This document shows, one piece after another, positions 49,390 to 62,680 of a DNA stretch of 64,000 nt (position 1 is the first letter of the stretch; each line of letters starts with the position of its first letter). The notes under the pieces are model-generated. The model had not been told where the DNA came from and did not search any database. It saw nothing but the letters and a program-made list of their open reading frames with translations. Source of the DNA: Lingula anatina (taxonomy: Eukaryota; Animalia; Brachiopoda); NCBI GenBank assembly GCA_051362555.1, contig CM120649.1, positions 14,074,001 through 14,138,000 of the forward strand, read 5' to 3'. Made by a program: the position numbers and the translations under genes.

Positions 49390-52001
49390 ATGCAAATATC
49401 TCTTATCGCCTCCTTGCTTATGACGCTCCTCACGTTCGAACAGTCGGTGTGTACCATAAAAACCGAGGAGGGGCCTCCCGTGCTGGAAATCAAACTGGAA
49501 GAAATTCCCGAGGGCCGAACATTAATGGGCATGAAGAAGGAAAACCCTGCAGAAATGAAAAAGATGATGAAGGCAAAAGGACTGATAGACATCTCCGAGG
49601 AGGAAGGCTTAGGTAAATTTCAAATATTAAGCTAAAACTTTTGACAAATTTTAAAAATCGAAAGCCCGTACAAGGGCTAATGCAGAGATATTTTCTGACA
49701 GTCTTCCTAATTATCTTTGTTGATCCATCCTCGATTTTTGACCGTCTTCTGACAGTAAAAAATTAAATAGCCGTCGTCAATCCGCCTCTGCCGTAGACCG
49801 TATCATTGTCGTAAATAGCAGTACACAATTCTTAAACGGGCGTTGTTCGGGGTGAACTTGTAGTGGTCGTGATAATGGTTGAACCTGTTGTAAGTCCCGT
49901 ACCCTTCCTCCTTTGGTGGTTTAAGGAGACATTTATAGAATAGATAGGATGTCTTAAACTTAGAGTTATTCACTTGCACAAATCTGAAGTTGTGCTTTTT
50001 CTTACTCTGACCACATTAGTGCTTAAAACGATATTTAAAACCATACATCTATAATATTTTTTATTATCACATTCTAGTGCCGCTGATAACCGCCACAGAT
50101 GGTACGGCCATTCCCAACCAGTACATTGCCCATCTTCTGCCTGATGGAAATAATAAAAGAAGTAGGTGCACCACTTAAAATTATTAAAAAATTGAATGAA
50201 GTACAATTTTGTTTTACTTCTGTTTGATACATAACTGTAAAATGCAACATATGGAAGGTGCAATAAACAATGTACTGTACCCACAAGGGGTGCAGTTAAC
50301 ACGAATTCAATCATACAGCACTCGAAGCTTTTCAAAACGTAAACGTTTTAAAATGAGACAACCAAGAATTTAAAAAAATGAAAAATGAAATGGCAGTTTG
50401 GAAATAAAGGCGATAAGCGGATGAAAAGAGCCTTTTTTATATCCGACTGCAAAGTTTCTTCCTTTACGTATTATGTGGCATTAATGATATATAAGAAAGT
50501 TCTGTATTTTAAAACGTGTGAGAATAGCTCAGAGGAAAAAAAATTAGTGCCAATCCTACATGTAGTTACTGAGAGATTACTGAAAGTTAAACCTAATTAA
50601 CTTAACCTTGGAAAAGAGAAGCTTAAAAAGATATGCGAAAACGCCTAGAATGACCCGTAGACGATTTTCTAACCAAAAAAATTGATTTCTCTCTCAAAAC
50701 AAAGTAATAGCAAAAATGATATGGTATAAAACGACATCCAACTTGCATGCAAATGTGTCCGCTATTCGGGGCAGTGCGTGAGACTGATATCATTTTATAT
50801 GCCAAGAATCAGTGAAAAGGGATCTTATTTCACAAGATATGTATTTTAGATATTCATTTATGATGGCAATTTAAAGCTTCAATTTTACACTCCTTACAGT
50901 TCAACGAATCCTAAAAAAAAGAGGCTTACTACAAATGGCGGAGTTCAATAAGGAAAGTAGCTACGTTATACTTAAGGGTGTAGATAAAAGGTATTTTATT
51001 TTCAACTCATTCCTTTTCGATGAAAAACCTTGGTTCATACTTTAGCGACCATTTAATTTGACATACATGTAATCTTCATTATTAGCTACTCGAGTTTTAT
51101 CTTATATACCATTTTTATGGTATTCTACATGTATAAAAAGTTAAATGCAAAATAATTTCATAGATTTCATAGTTTGAATTCACTTGATGTTAGTTTTTAG
51201 AAGAACGTCCATACATTTCTTTGAAACATGCAAACTTTGTCCGGACTTCTGGCATTTATCAATGTTGCTAAAGTACTTCTCATTTTTTGGTAGAGATCTC
51301 AAAAGGCTTCGCAAGCTTACTGAAGACATTGAAGAAATTGAACAAGATAAAGAGATGATGTTAGATGGTTATCATTGTGAAAAATTCTCGGCCGCTGAAG
51401 CATGGGTAAAAGTCATTGTGTGTTTGCCCATGCTCATGTTTGAGTTTCCATACGTGTATATAATGCTTCATAGCTCTCTATTTGGCTACTATTATGCATA
51501 ACCCTCTCTCTCTCTCTAGTTGTAAGTGTTTATGTCAATTTTATTTGGGTGCAGGTTTGTCTTAATATAAGCGACAAGACCATTGCCCTCCGCCAAGAAA
51601 AAATCTTGTATATCTATATTTTTCAATTTCAGCATTGCCCCAATAATTTTTTAATGATGTTTACTTCAATAATACTGCTGTATCATTTAATTTAAGTAAC
51701 TTTTTTAAACAAATGAGGCTCTCTCTGCTTTAAATGGTTATGTTTGTAAGCGTACGTTTAGTTTGTTATAAATTTCACGTAATCATTCCAACACTTAATG
51801 TACATCTGCGTTTGGCTATCTTCACAATACACTCTTTTTCACTGAAAGTGGTGACACCAACATCATTACATTAAGAGATCCAGATTCAATTAAATTGCAA
51901 ACACTCCCTTGGTTTAACAAAATATAGATTTAAATGAAATTTCATTTAAAATGAAAACGATTTAAATAAAATTTCATTTAAAATAAAGAAATAAATAAAA
52001 A

Positions 52002-52047
<46 letters not shown>

Positions 52048-53100
52048 CTTCAACCTTCAGGTTGCAATATTTCAATAAAGATTATTATTATTATTATTAT
52101 TATATGATATATATTCAGTTCTTTTTTATGTAGAATTTAGACAGAATAGACTACTCTCCGAATGATGACCATTTCGTCACATGGGCAGACGGCACTGGCA
52201 TAGACGCATACGTCATGGACAGTGGAATTAATCCTGATCACAGTGACCTCAAAGGAAGAGTGACATTAGGTTAGTGATATTTAATAAAAATTATATCAGA
52301 GAGAGAGAGAGAAGAGAGAGACTATAAGCACAAGACAATCAGAAGTAATGGTATTCGCTTCAAAGCTTTGCGTTTTATTTCCAGGGTGGCACGCAAGTTC
52401 TTTTTCTAACGGTAGAGACTCCAATGGTCATGGTACCCATGTGGCCAGTACCTTAGGAGGCGCCACCTATGGAGCAGCCAAGAAGGTTAACCTCATCTCC
52501 GTCAAAGTATGCCACTATTCATGTCCAAATTCGGGCATACTGGAAGGTCTAAACTGGATAAAGACACAGGTTCAACGAAACAAGCGTCTGTCAGTCGTTA
52601 ATATGTCCCTGGGTGGTGGGTACTCCTCCTCCATAAATGACGCCGTGCACGCGGTACTGGACGCAGGCATCCCGGTGGTAGTTGCCGCTGGAAATAGCGG
52701 CAAGGCCGATGCGTGTCATTTCTCCCCAGCAAGCGTAAGCGGAGCGCTTACAGTTGGCGCCACCCAGATAGATGATAATTTGGCTTCATTTAGTAACATC
52801 GGATCGTGCGTCGATATTTACGCCCCAGGGAAGAACATCATGGCCGCCAACTATGCAAACAACAACGGTTATAAGTCCTTAAGCGGGACGTCAATGGCGT
52901 CCCCTCTCGTCGCCGGTGCAGCCGCGGGAATGTTGCAGGTTTTACGCGACGCTGGGTACGTCAGCGAACCGTCGGTAAGCGTTGTTGACGACGTCAACTA
53001 TTACATCGTCAAGTTTGCAGAGAAGGACGCAGTGAAGGGGCTCCCGTCAACCAACAACAACAATGCTATGCTTTTCACCACCTGTCTCGTTTCTAGCTAA
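49390..53100 (+). CDS. Secreted subtilisin/proteinase K-like serine protease (S8A with I9-type prodomain), paralog A, 6 exons
   Basis: Signal peptide MQISLIASLLMTLL. Prodomain with AIPNQYIAHL and IEEIEQD. WNLDRID, catalytic D (YVMDSG), H (NGHGTHVA), oxyanion N (AAGN) and S (GTSMASP). Exon phases are consistent. Confidence 0.92.
49684..49790 (+). mobile_element. Short dispersed repeat (MITE-like), copy 2
   Basis: ATATTTTCTGACAGTCTTCCTAATTATCTTTGTTGATCCATCCTCGATTTT...AATCCGCCTCTG is homologous to 40650-40809. Confidence 0.55.
52003..52047. repeat. (TA)n microsatellite
   Basis: Direct reading of the sequence. Confidence 0.95.
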
Positions 53101-54576
53101 GTTTCAAATCACGGTCGAAATTCGAACTTCCAATAGCAGTGAACATGATAGTAAACCGCAGCAACCTATCAAAGTTTTGTCCTTTAAATATCTCTTTAGA
53201 GATAAATTTTGCTTTAGATAGTGTTTGAATATAATTTTTCATTGATAATGTCTTCCTTTTTAAAATTCCACTGTTTTGCTTTAGATGTATCAAATATGTT
53301 AAACTATCAAATATTCTTTTCTTTATAATGTCCTTCAAAAATGTGTAGTTCGGATTAATCTGAGTTAATTAAGAGATAAGAACTTGTACAGTAGCTTCCA
53401 ATATTTATTTTCTAGCAGAATTTTAGGTGGAAACAGTTCTTTCTGTACTGATTGTATCAAACGGCCTTCCAACTGCTTAGAGCGTATGGAACGAGACGAC
53501 AGGGATATGTTTATACTTTCAGATGTAGTTTCAGTGAACTATTGTCTTCACAAGATATTCCACTGCATCATGAATAATACAGCAAATTTGTGGCAGTCTA
53601 CAATATTTATAACTAGATGCTTAAGTTTGAAATCAGGTATTTAAAGGGTGCGGGTTGATATCGATGGTGTTAAAACTTTTGCCTGTCATCTATTATTCAC
53701 GAATATCCACAACCTTTAAGCACAGCAGTCTGTTTGGATTAATCTATCATCACGGGAATAACTACAAGATTGAAGAGCTTCTATCTATCAAAAGCGATTT
53801 CCCACTTGTGAAATTAAATGTGAGTTTAATATAGCACACCATTTTCTCTCTGTCTTGTTATTCAAACGCTAATAAATTAAAGAATGCACGCAAAGGGCTG
53901 TGTGTTTAACTTTTTTTCTTTATAACGACATTGAGTTATGTTTGCAATTGGAAGTCATTAAATGATAATGATATAAACAATGTGTTAAATACATACAAGT
54001 TTGTTATGAAACATCGAAATTTAAAACCACACAAAGGTGCAGTTATTGCAGAAAGCTAGATGACATTGCTTTCGACCACACGTTCATTAAAGAACTACCA
54101 TTATTTGAGATGCATTTGAAGACGAATTTTTGCCATAAAAGAAGATCAGAGGGAATTATTTTCTTTCAAATTGCATAACTTAGAGAAACACCAAACTACA
54201 TCGTTGCATATATTACCCGAAAAATGATATATGGACTATCATTTTCTGCTTACTCCCTGTTCTTTATTTAAGAAGAGCAGATAAGTCAGAAAAGAAAAAA
54301 AAATCAGCAGTTGTTGAAAATGGCTATGCGAGTGATTAAATCTGTTTTCCCTTGGCATGTCAACTAAGTTTGAGTCGTATAAGTAACTGGTAAAAGCGGT
54401 TATATGCGTTACTGGGAATCCAAGCTCCGCCGCTCGTTCCAATGTATCTTTAATGATGATACTAATTAAAATTGTGGGGAAAAAAGAAAAAAAAAGAAAA
54501 GAAAGTGTATTGAAGAATTTGCTTAGATGAAGATTTAGAACTTTACTGCCATCGACGCCAAAGTACGTTTTATGGT

Positions 54577-55898
54577 GCACATTGCTCCAATGATGTTTTT
54601 GATATAAAACAATATAAGTAAACGTCACAAAGCTCTTAAAAGAGTGACAATTGACCTTGTCTCAGTGATAAATGTGCTGATGTAAAAACAATCTGTTTAA
54701 TTTCGAACATTTTAATTTTTCTACAGGAGAAATGCATTGCTCATTGGTGAGAGAATCATGAAGCTAAGGGCAAATCTAGACTGCACTTTAATCTACCACT
54801 TTTTAACGTCTTTGTATTTTACAAGTCCGTAAGCTGTTGTTTACTAGTAACAGTTACTCGTTGCGATTAAAAAATGACTTTGTTGTTTAGTAACAATTAA
54901 TTAATACGATTATAAAATGACTTGGCGTTAGTTTAAGTACATAAACGACTTCACTTAACCATTTATCAATTAGGAGGGAAGATAAATCAAGTGAATTATT
55001 TTTGTTTTTTTCTCTGAAGAAGGACATATTTGATATTTGCTGAAATGAAATGTGCTTGTGTTATTGTTGTAGCTGAGGCATTCTGATGATTTCTGGACAT
55101 TGCTTTTGTTGTGACAAAATGTCCTCTTGAAAATTTCTCAAAATATGATTGTATTAAATGTACAACATTCCTTTATTCGAAATTTCACTGCTTGTATCAG
55201 TAAAGGCCTTGGTGGGTACCCCCCAAATCAATAAACTCGCCTGCGTAATCTGGTTGTATAGTTCTAAAACAGGTATGTAAATGTTACCCAAAATATGCGC
55301 ATGACTGACGTGACCCGGAAAGGAAAAAAGACCTAGTTCCCTGTCTGCGCATGCGTTAATGGAGGCAACGCTAAAGCCTCATTAGGATAAAATACAATCC
55401 GAGTAAAAGCGACCTGAAATGTTATGTCAAACTAAGGATGCATACTCAATGATGTAGACTTTTATCCGCATTTTATGTGTTTTAACACGCGAAAGCGTCA
55501 TTTCCAGTGTTGATCAGTGGTTTGGAACCTTTGCAAGCATAACAAGTGCTGCGAGATATTCCGAGATTTGCAAGGAATGGAATTACAATCTGTCATTGCT
55601 TAAGACTCACAAAGCGGTATTTGTTACCCATGGGTATGAATAGAGAGAACTGCTACATTGACGACGTCAGGTTTGAGTTTATTAACATTTATATTCCAGT
55701 GTCTCACTTTCATACAAATATAAGGGATTTAAACTCTATTTCTCTGAATTGACCACGCGCTTACTTATTTTCTAATCTACTTTGTCATTTACATATTCAA
55801 CATTTCCTTATAAGTAATCTCTTTTCGTTACCTAAATCTAAAGACCTTTATTAAAATATTATTTCCATTGCGTCATATTTGGAACATAAAAGCACACC
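54577..55898. repeat. 1.3 kb duplicated block, copy 1, with a promoter-like core
   Basis: Near-identical to 62681-64000. Contains TGCGCATG (55296), TGACGTGA (55306), CCGGAA (55315) and TGCGCATGCG (55346). Confidence 0.92.
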
Positions 55899-56745
55899 TT
55901 GCAGCTTAAATCCACGACAGAACAGTTCTTTTTGGATTGTAAAATTAACCAATTGACAGAACCCTCGTGTGGGTCGCCATTTTCCACTTTTGCCTAGTGC
56001 AAAAATATTTTTCGCACTAGATGACACTAAACAAAATCATACTTGCACTCAAACACTCTCTACGCTTCCTATCAGTTCGATGGACTTAATTTTTAATGTG
56101 CACTTACAGAAATTGTAACCATTTGATCATACGCTCGTTCTCAAATAGTATATTATTACACAACTGATAAAGTGGAATTTTCATTAAGCATACATTTTAT
56201 TACTCAAAACTCATTTCCTTTCTTTTCTTAGCTTGCTAGGATCTTGTTTCCGGATAGTTCATAAATCTATGAATACTGACATGTGATTAAGTGCCTTCTT
56301 TCTTTTAAAACCCAAAATGCATTTTTGGCTTGCTTCTGCTATTTGTCAACCAAATGTGAAAGTGATATATGTATTTTTATGTCCCCAAGGGCCTCTGTTA
56401 AAACTTGCATATCAAAGGATACTCTGTCATAGCCGGACCTAGACACCAAGGTGTGTTTATACGCAGCTAGGGCGTAAATTCCTGCAGGACATAATTTCTT
56501 TTTACACCGGCATTTTTTGGTGTATATTTACATATATTCACATTCTTTTTGTTGTCTTTTTGTACGCGTTAGCATTCAGCAGATTGTTTTTAAATATGAA
56601 TATTTCCAATAGCCTCGCACGGACACACCTTGGAGACACGCCATGGATTGATTTTCCAAGAAAGTCATTTTAAATGTATGTGCACATTTCGTAACGTTTG
56701 CACCTGGTGGTTCAGGTGAAAATGCAATGATGTAATAAGTGGTGT

Positions 56746-56940
56746 AATGGTGGATGAAAGTAAATCAGTGCAATAGAAGTTACAAAGCTATAACTTGAAT
56801 CCTCATTTGTCATATTTACTTATAAAATGCGGGCAGTCAAGTGAATGCGACTGATGCAATGAGCGGTTCAATGGTGGATGAAAGTAAATCAGTGCAATAG
56901 CAGTTGCATAACTTAAATTCTCATTTGTCATATTTACTTA
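56746..56940. repeat. Local direct duplication of about 70 nt
   Basis: AATGGTGGATGAAAGTAAATCAGTGCAATAG...CTCATTTGTCATATTTACTTA occurs twice, about 124 nt apart. Confidence 0.8.
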
Positions 56941-58307
56941 AGTTCTTCGTGTTTGTTGCTGCAGCCTTTTTTTCCATTTTCGAAAGATACGCAAAGAAAC
57001 AGGCCGTGAGTCACAGTGAATGGCTTTTTAGTGCAAGATACAAATCAATACACCAACTCTGCTCAAGTTTGGGAAGTTTGTCTTCTGTTGTTTGGCTACC
57101 TGTTTGGCTCTTGGCTACATGTTCATTCTGTGTGTGACGCTCTATGTTCTTAGCTGTCTAACTTCCTGTCTATGCGACTTTCCATAATTGGGCTGTACAA
57201 GTATATGTGGAAGCCTCGTATGTATGCATTCTCGGGAATATTTTAATTGGTTTCCCTTTGCCCCTAGCTACCATGATAACGGATATTATAAAACAGTTAA
57301 GGACTAAACCAAGATAAGAGTTCTTACACAGACATATACAAGCACGCACAACACGCACACAATCACATACACAAACACAAACACAAACACACATCTACAC
57401 ACTAAATACATTTAAGTTGAAAACTAATTATGGATTCTATAAAAGAACACGTAAATGAGATTAATAGCAGTCTTCTATCAGCACCATAGCAGAATGTAGT
57501 AAGAAATAATGAAGTAGCTAATTTTTTCGACAGAAAGCCACATTACTTACCCGATCTACCACAGAATTATCCTGAGTAAACACCAGCTATTTTTGAAATC
57601 TAATTTTTCAAGTAAGAACCAAATTCGTTATCAATCGGAAAAGTTCAAATTAATTTGCGTTGTGTAACACGTTTCATAGAGTATACTTAAAACCCACAAG
57701 AACTTCCTTGCCTCAGCGAGTGGATTTTATATACCGGTCCGTGCACAACACTTTTATGACAATCATCAACAAAATTATTTCCAAGTTTTTGTTTTAATTC
57801 TCCCTGTTGATTTAAACTAAGATAAAGATGTAACTAAAATATACTATACCGCATGTAGATCATACGATTTGAAATGGAGTAATCTCAATGTACCAGAAGA
57901 AGGCCTTGTGATAAGGTTAGACCTTTGATGAGGATCAATTATTATTATTATAATTATAATTATTATTGGGGATGTACTTGATTGATTTTACTTTCATACC
58001 AAAATCTTCTTTGCCTATTAATATATTAAACACTGTTAACAGCTGTAACAGAAACTTTCGTGTTTAAGGCCCTGCCTTGCACTATTAAATGGACTGAAAC
58101 CAGACGTTTCGTCCTGTTTAATTTAACAAGGTGACATTTGAGAAATGTATTTAGGTCACAGTTTCTCCAAGCTTTGGCACTAACAGACTCGGTGGTATCT
58201 CGGGTTTGCTTTGTTAAAAGAGGTGACGAACGGTTCGTGATTTGTGAAGTACATAACACTCTACTCAGCCGACAATTGTTAACCAATTTGGTGGAAGAAC
58301 CACAATC

Positions 58308-61051
58308 ATGAAATTTTTGCTTTTTGCCTCCGCGCTTTTCATGCTTCTCGCGTTAGAGCAGGTGCATGCCAGTGAAAGAGAGGAAACACCGCCAGGACTG
58401 AAGTTGAAGAAGGAAAAAATCCCCAAGAACCGAAGACTAAAGAATATGAAAAGGGAAAATCCCGCAGAAATGAAAAAGATGATGAAGGCGAAAGGACTGA
58501 TAGACATCTCCGAGGAGAAAGGTTTAGGTACGTAACGGACGTTTTATTTAAATAAAATATGAAGCGTGCGTAGATTCCCTGTAACGTTACTACTTGTTTA
58601 TTAAATGACTCATATATATAGAGTTCATTTGGCAAATCGATGATATTTATAACATCTGTTTATCAAAGTTGTTGTTATCACTTTGCATTTCTTTTTTTTT
58701 AGTGCCTCTAATTACCCCTACGGATGGTACAGCCGTTCCCAATGAATACATCGCCCGTCTTCTGCCTGGTGGCAAGTACGGAAGAAGTAGGTCCACCGCT
58801 TAAAAATTCAATTCCGTACAATTCAGATTTATTTCCGTACTAATGCACTAGTCCGCAGATCGAATATTTAACTGGCACGTCTTATTATTTAAATTGGCTT
58901 AGACCAAGGAGACATAAACTTACAATTTGGTACCAAACCTACACTGTAATTACTTAGTCAATACGAAAAGGCATATCTGTTTAACTTGCAAAAAATATTT
59001 TAGAAAACAAATAAAAATCCCAAAATAAAAATGTTAACCAACTTTCTTACCAAAATGAAAGGGAATTACATGATAGATAACTTTCAAAACGAAATCAGAA
59101 CAAATTACACTCTAGTATAAAATCAATTATAATCTGTATAAAGACGTGTCTTCTATAAGGTGCAGTAAGCCGTACTTATTAGTCCTATGTCGTTTTCTAT
59201 ACCGAGAATCGGTTATATAATATCTTATTTCGTAATTAATATATTCTACCTACCTGTGTTACACCTAGAATTTTCATTTTCAATTATATTCCATTTACAG
59301 TCCGCCGCATCCTGAAAGGAAGAGGTTCCCAACAAAGCGTGAATTTCAATCGAAAAAGCAGCTTCGTCATTCTTAGGGATATAAATGATAGGTATGGTTT
59401 TTGTCAACTCATTCCTTCTCGATGGAGAGCATTGGTTTAGACCAAAGCGACAGTTTAATTTGGTATAATATTCGTTATTTAATGTTTGATTTATTCTTAA
59501 ATTTCTTACAATATTAATGATATTTTCTTTATTTTTTATTTTTATCCGGTATGATTTTTTAGATATCACAGTTTAACTTTATTTGATACGTATGTTTTGG
59601 GAAGAATTTCCACAAAAAATTACTTTTAAATATACATATTTTTTCCTGATATCTGTAATTTAATTATCATCGTAACTGAAGTACTTCATTTTTTTCTAGT
59701 GACCTCCAACTGCTTCGCCAACTTACTAGCGATATAGAAGAAATCGAACAAGCTAAAGAAATGTCGGTAGATCTGAGTCATTGTACAGGGTATTCCCCGG
59801 CTGCTGAAACATGGGTAAGTATAATCGCATTTGCATGTGTATGCATGCGTAAGTATTGAGTGTCAATATGTGAGTATGTTTAATGGTTAATAATTTCTCT
59901 CTGTGAGTACTCTACTGCATACTGTGTACAGCCTCCCTTCTGAGTTTAAATGGTTTTGCCATGTTATTATAAAAGGAAGAAAACCGCGGACCTCCACCAA
60001 GAGAAAAAATGTATCATGATATAAATTCTGTACTTTTTATGCAGAATTTAGACAGAATAGACTACTACCCGGATGATGACCGTTTCGCCACTTGGGCAGT
60101 CGGCACTGGTATAGACGCATACGTCATGGACACGGGTATAAATCCAGATCACAGTGACTTCGGAGGAAGAGTTTTGCCAGGTAAGTTGCATTATACTGAA
60201 ATTACAGAAGAGAGAGAATGAGAGAAATGTGTTTGTGTGTGTGTGTGTGTTAGAGGAAGAGAGAGAAGTTAGTAAGCACAAAACAAAAATCAGAAGGAGG
60301 ACACTTCTCATCAAAGGTCTGTGTTCTTATTCCAGGGTGGCACGGAAGTCGTTTTCCCAATAGCAGAGACTACGATGGTCATGGTACCCATGTGGCCAGT
60401 ACCTTGGGGGGTAAAACCTATGGAGCAGCCAAGCAGGTCACCCTCATCCCTGTCAAAGTATGCGCTCATAGTAAAAGTTGCTATTTTTCGGACATCCTGG
60501 CAGGACTGAACTGGATAAAGTCACGGGTTCAACAAAACAAGCGTCTGTCAATCATTAACATGTCACTGGGTAGTCCGTATTCCTCTACTTTCAATGACGC
60601 CGTGTACGCGGTATTGGAAGCAGGCATTCCAGTGGTAGTCAGCGCTGGAAATGACGACAAAGCCGATGCATGTTATAAATCCCCGGCAAGCGTACAAGGA
60701 GCCCTCACTGTTGGCGCCACCCAGATGGATGATTACGTGGCTTCATTTAGTAACATCGGAACGTGTGTCGATATTTACGCTCCAGGGTCGAGAATAAGGG
60801 CCGCCGACTACGCGAACAACAACGGTTGGCTTGAGATGGGTGGGACGTCAATGGCGTCCCCTCTCGTCGCCGGTGCAGCCGCGGGAATGTTGCAGGTTTT
60901 ACGCGACGCTGGGTTTCATAGCGTCCCGTCGACTAGACTTGTTGACGACATCAACTCTTTCATCGTCCAGTTTGCCGAGAAGGGCACAGTGAAGGGACTT
61001 CCGTCAACAAACAACAACGTTATGCTTCAGACCAGCTGCCTTACTACCTAA
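58308..61051 (+). CDS. Secreted subtilisin/proteinase K-like serine protease (S8A), paralog B, 6 exons
   Basis: Signal peptide MKFLLFASALFMLLALEQVHA. Same six-exon structure and phases as paralog A. YVMDTG, DGHGTHVA, SAGN and GTSMASP are intact. Confidence 0.92.
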
Positions 61052-62169
61052 AATTAATATCACCCTAAAATGAACTTTTCAAGCTATAAACATACTGATG
61101 AACTACAACAGCCTATCAAAACTCTTAGAAATAACTTTTTGGAAAGGTGTTTTGTTTTTGTTTTCTTTATAAGATCTTCCTGAAAAGATGCTTTGGCTGG
61201 AATATATGTTAACTTTATTAATTTAAGTGGGACTGTAGTCAAATAGGCTTAAAATCACGTTTTTATAGATAAAATCAAACAGAAAGTCTTTTTAAAAATC
61301 ACTGAACCCTTTCTGTATTACTTTATTCAAGTGTTTTAATATCATTAAAATTATGCTTATAGTTGTTTAGGTGCCTAAGAAAATCAAGAAACCGAAAATA
61401 TTTTTTGCCCCAAAAATCCCAATATATTACGTCACACGATGAACTTGGAGCTGTGTTTCAAGCATAATTAGATTTTTGAAGATTTTAGATTTTTGAAGAT
61501 ACATTAAATGAATACAACAGGAAAAGAGCTAAGCCCTTTAATTAGATAAAACCTCCAACCTTCAGTCCTACCTTATTTAAGATATTATTTTTAAAGAAGC
61601 TTTCAACAGAACCTTTTTATTGGAATTATGGGTGGAAACAATTTTCACAGCACTAGCAGTTCAGAAACAAACCAAATGATCTTTTGACTGTTAAGAATAG
61701 GAATAAAGTTGAGAATCAAATGTCAAAGATACTTTTGGACTTGGACTTTCGTCTAAACAATATTTGACAGCAGCAAATTGCAGCTAACTTGTGACACCCT
61801 GCAATCTTTAAAATGCAGGTGTGTTAAAATTTTGACACCAATGTTTTACTATTAGCCTGGTGATATAAATGTTGTAATAGCTTTTACATGTCATCTATTA
61901 TACTCAAATACCAACAACTTATAATTACAGCAGCTTGTGTGCATTAATGTACTTTACAAGGACAGCTCTGGCGTAAAAGTGGTACTCAAGAGCTATAGTA
62001 AATGTGAGCTTTATACTGCACGCGGGATGCCTTCTTATTTCTGTATTTTAATTCAACTACTAATAAATTCAAATGAGCACGCAAATGTTAGCATGTTTAC
62101 AGTCTTCTGTATCAAAACTGAATTTGTCACTGGTAAACTGCTTTGCACTTAAATTAAAATATGCTTTGT

Positions 62170-62480
62170 TTAAATTCAGATGCAGGTATCAGAGAGTAAA
62201 ATGTGGTCAGTGTAAATCTGACTGGGTCCAGCTTAACGGAGGGGTACCTCAGGGGACAAAGTTAGGTCCAATCCTGTTTATAGCAATGATAAATGATCTA
62301 AAAACCTGCTGCCCAGATATAAAATTTGTTGATGACACATCTATTTATGAAATTTGTCAGTTTGGCCAAAAGTCACTACTTCCACAGGCAATAGAGCAAC
62401 TTGAAAATTGGGTTAGAAAAAACAATATGAAATTAAATGTAAAGAAGACAAAATGTATGGATTTTAATTTTACCAAGTAA
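62170..62480 (+). mobile_element. Truncated non-LTR retrotransposon (CR1/L2-group) reverse transcriptase fragment
   Basis: RYQRV..SDW..GGVPQGTKLGPILFIAMINDL..KFVDD..NNMKLNVKKTKCM are LINE RT motifs. The fragment is truncated on both sides. Confidence 0.88.
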
Positions 62481-62680
62481 TCTCACCTAGTAATCTCACC
62501 TCTCTGAGGGAGAGAAGAGACGTTTTACTTAAGAACTTTTTTACAAAAATCAAGAATTTTAATAAGCTACACCATCGGCCAAACTATCGGCCAAACTATC
62601 GGCTTTTTGTTTATTTTATCTGGCTGACCGGTGATGAATTCAGTGGCGTATTGGGGGGGGGGGGGGGGGGGGGGAGGGGG

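Noticed and set aside
55546-55752. 68-aa ORF conserved in both duplicated blocks (also 63668-63874)
   Set aside because: Conservation is explained by recent duplication; the 5' ends differ by an indel and there is no recognisable domain.
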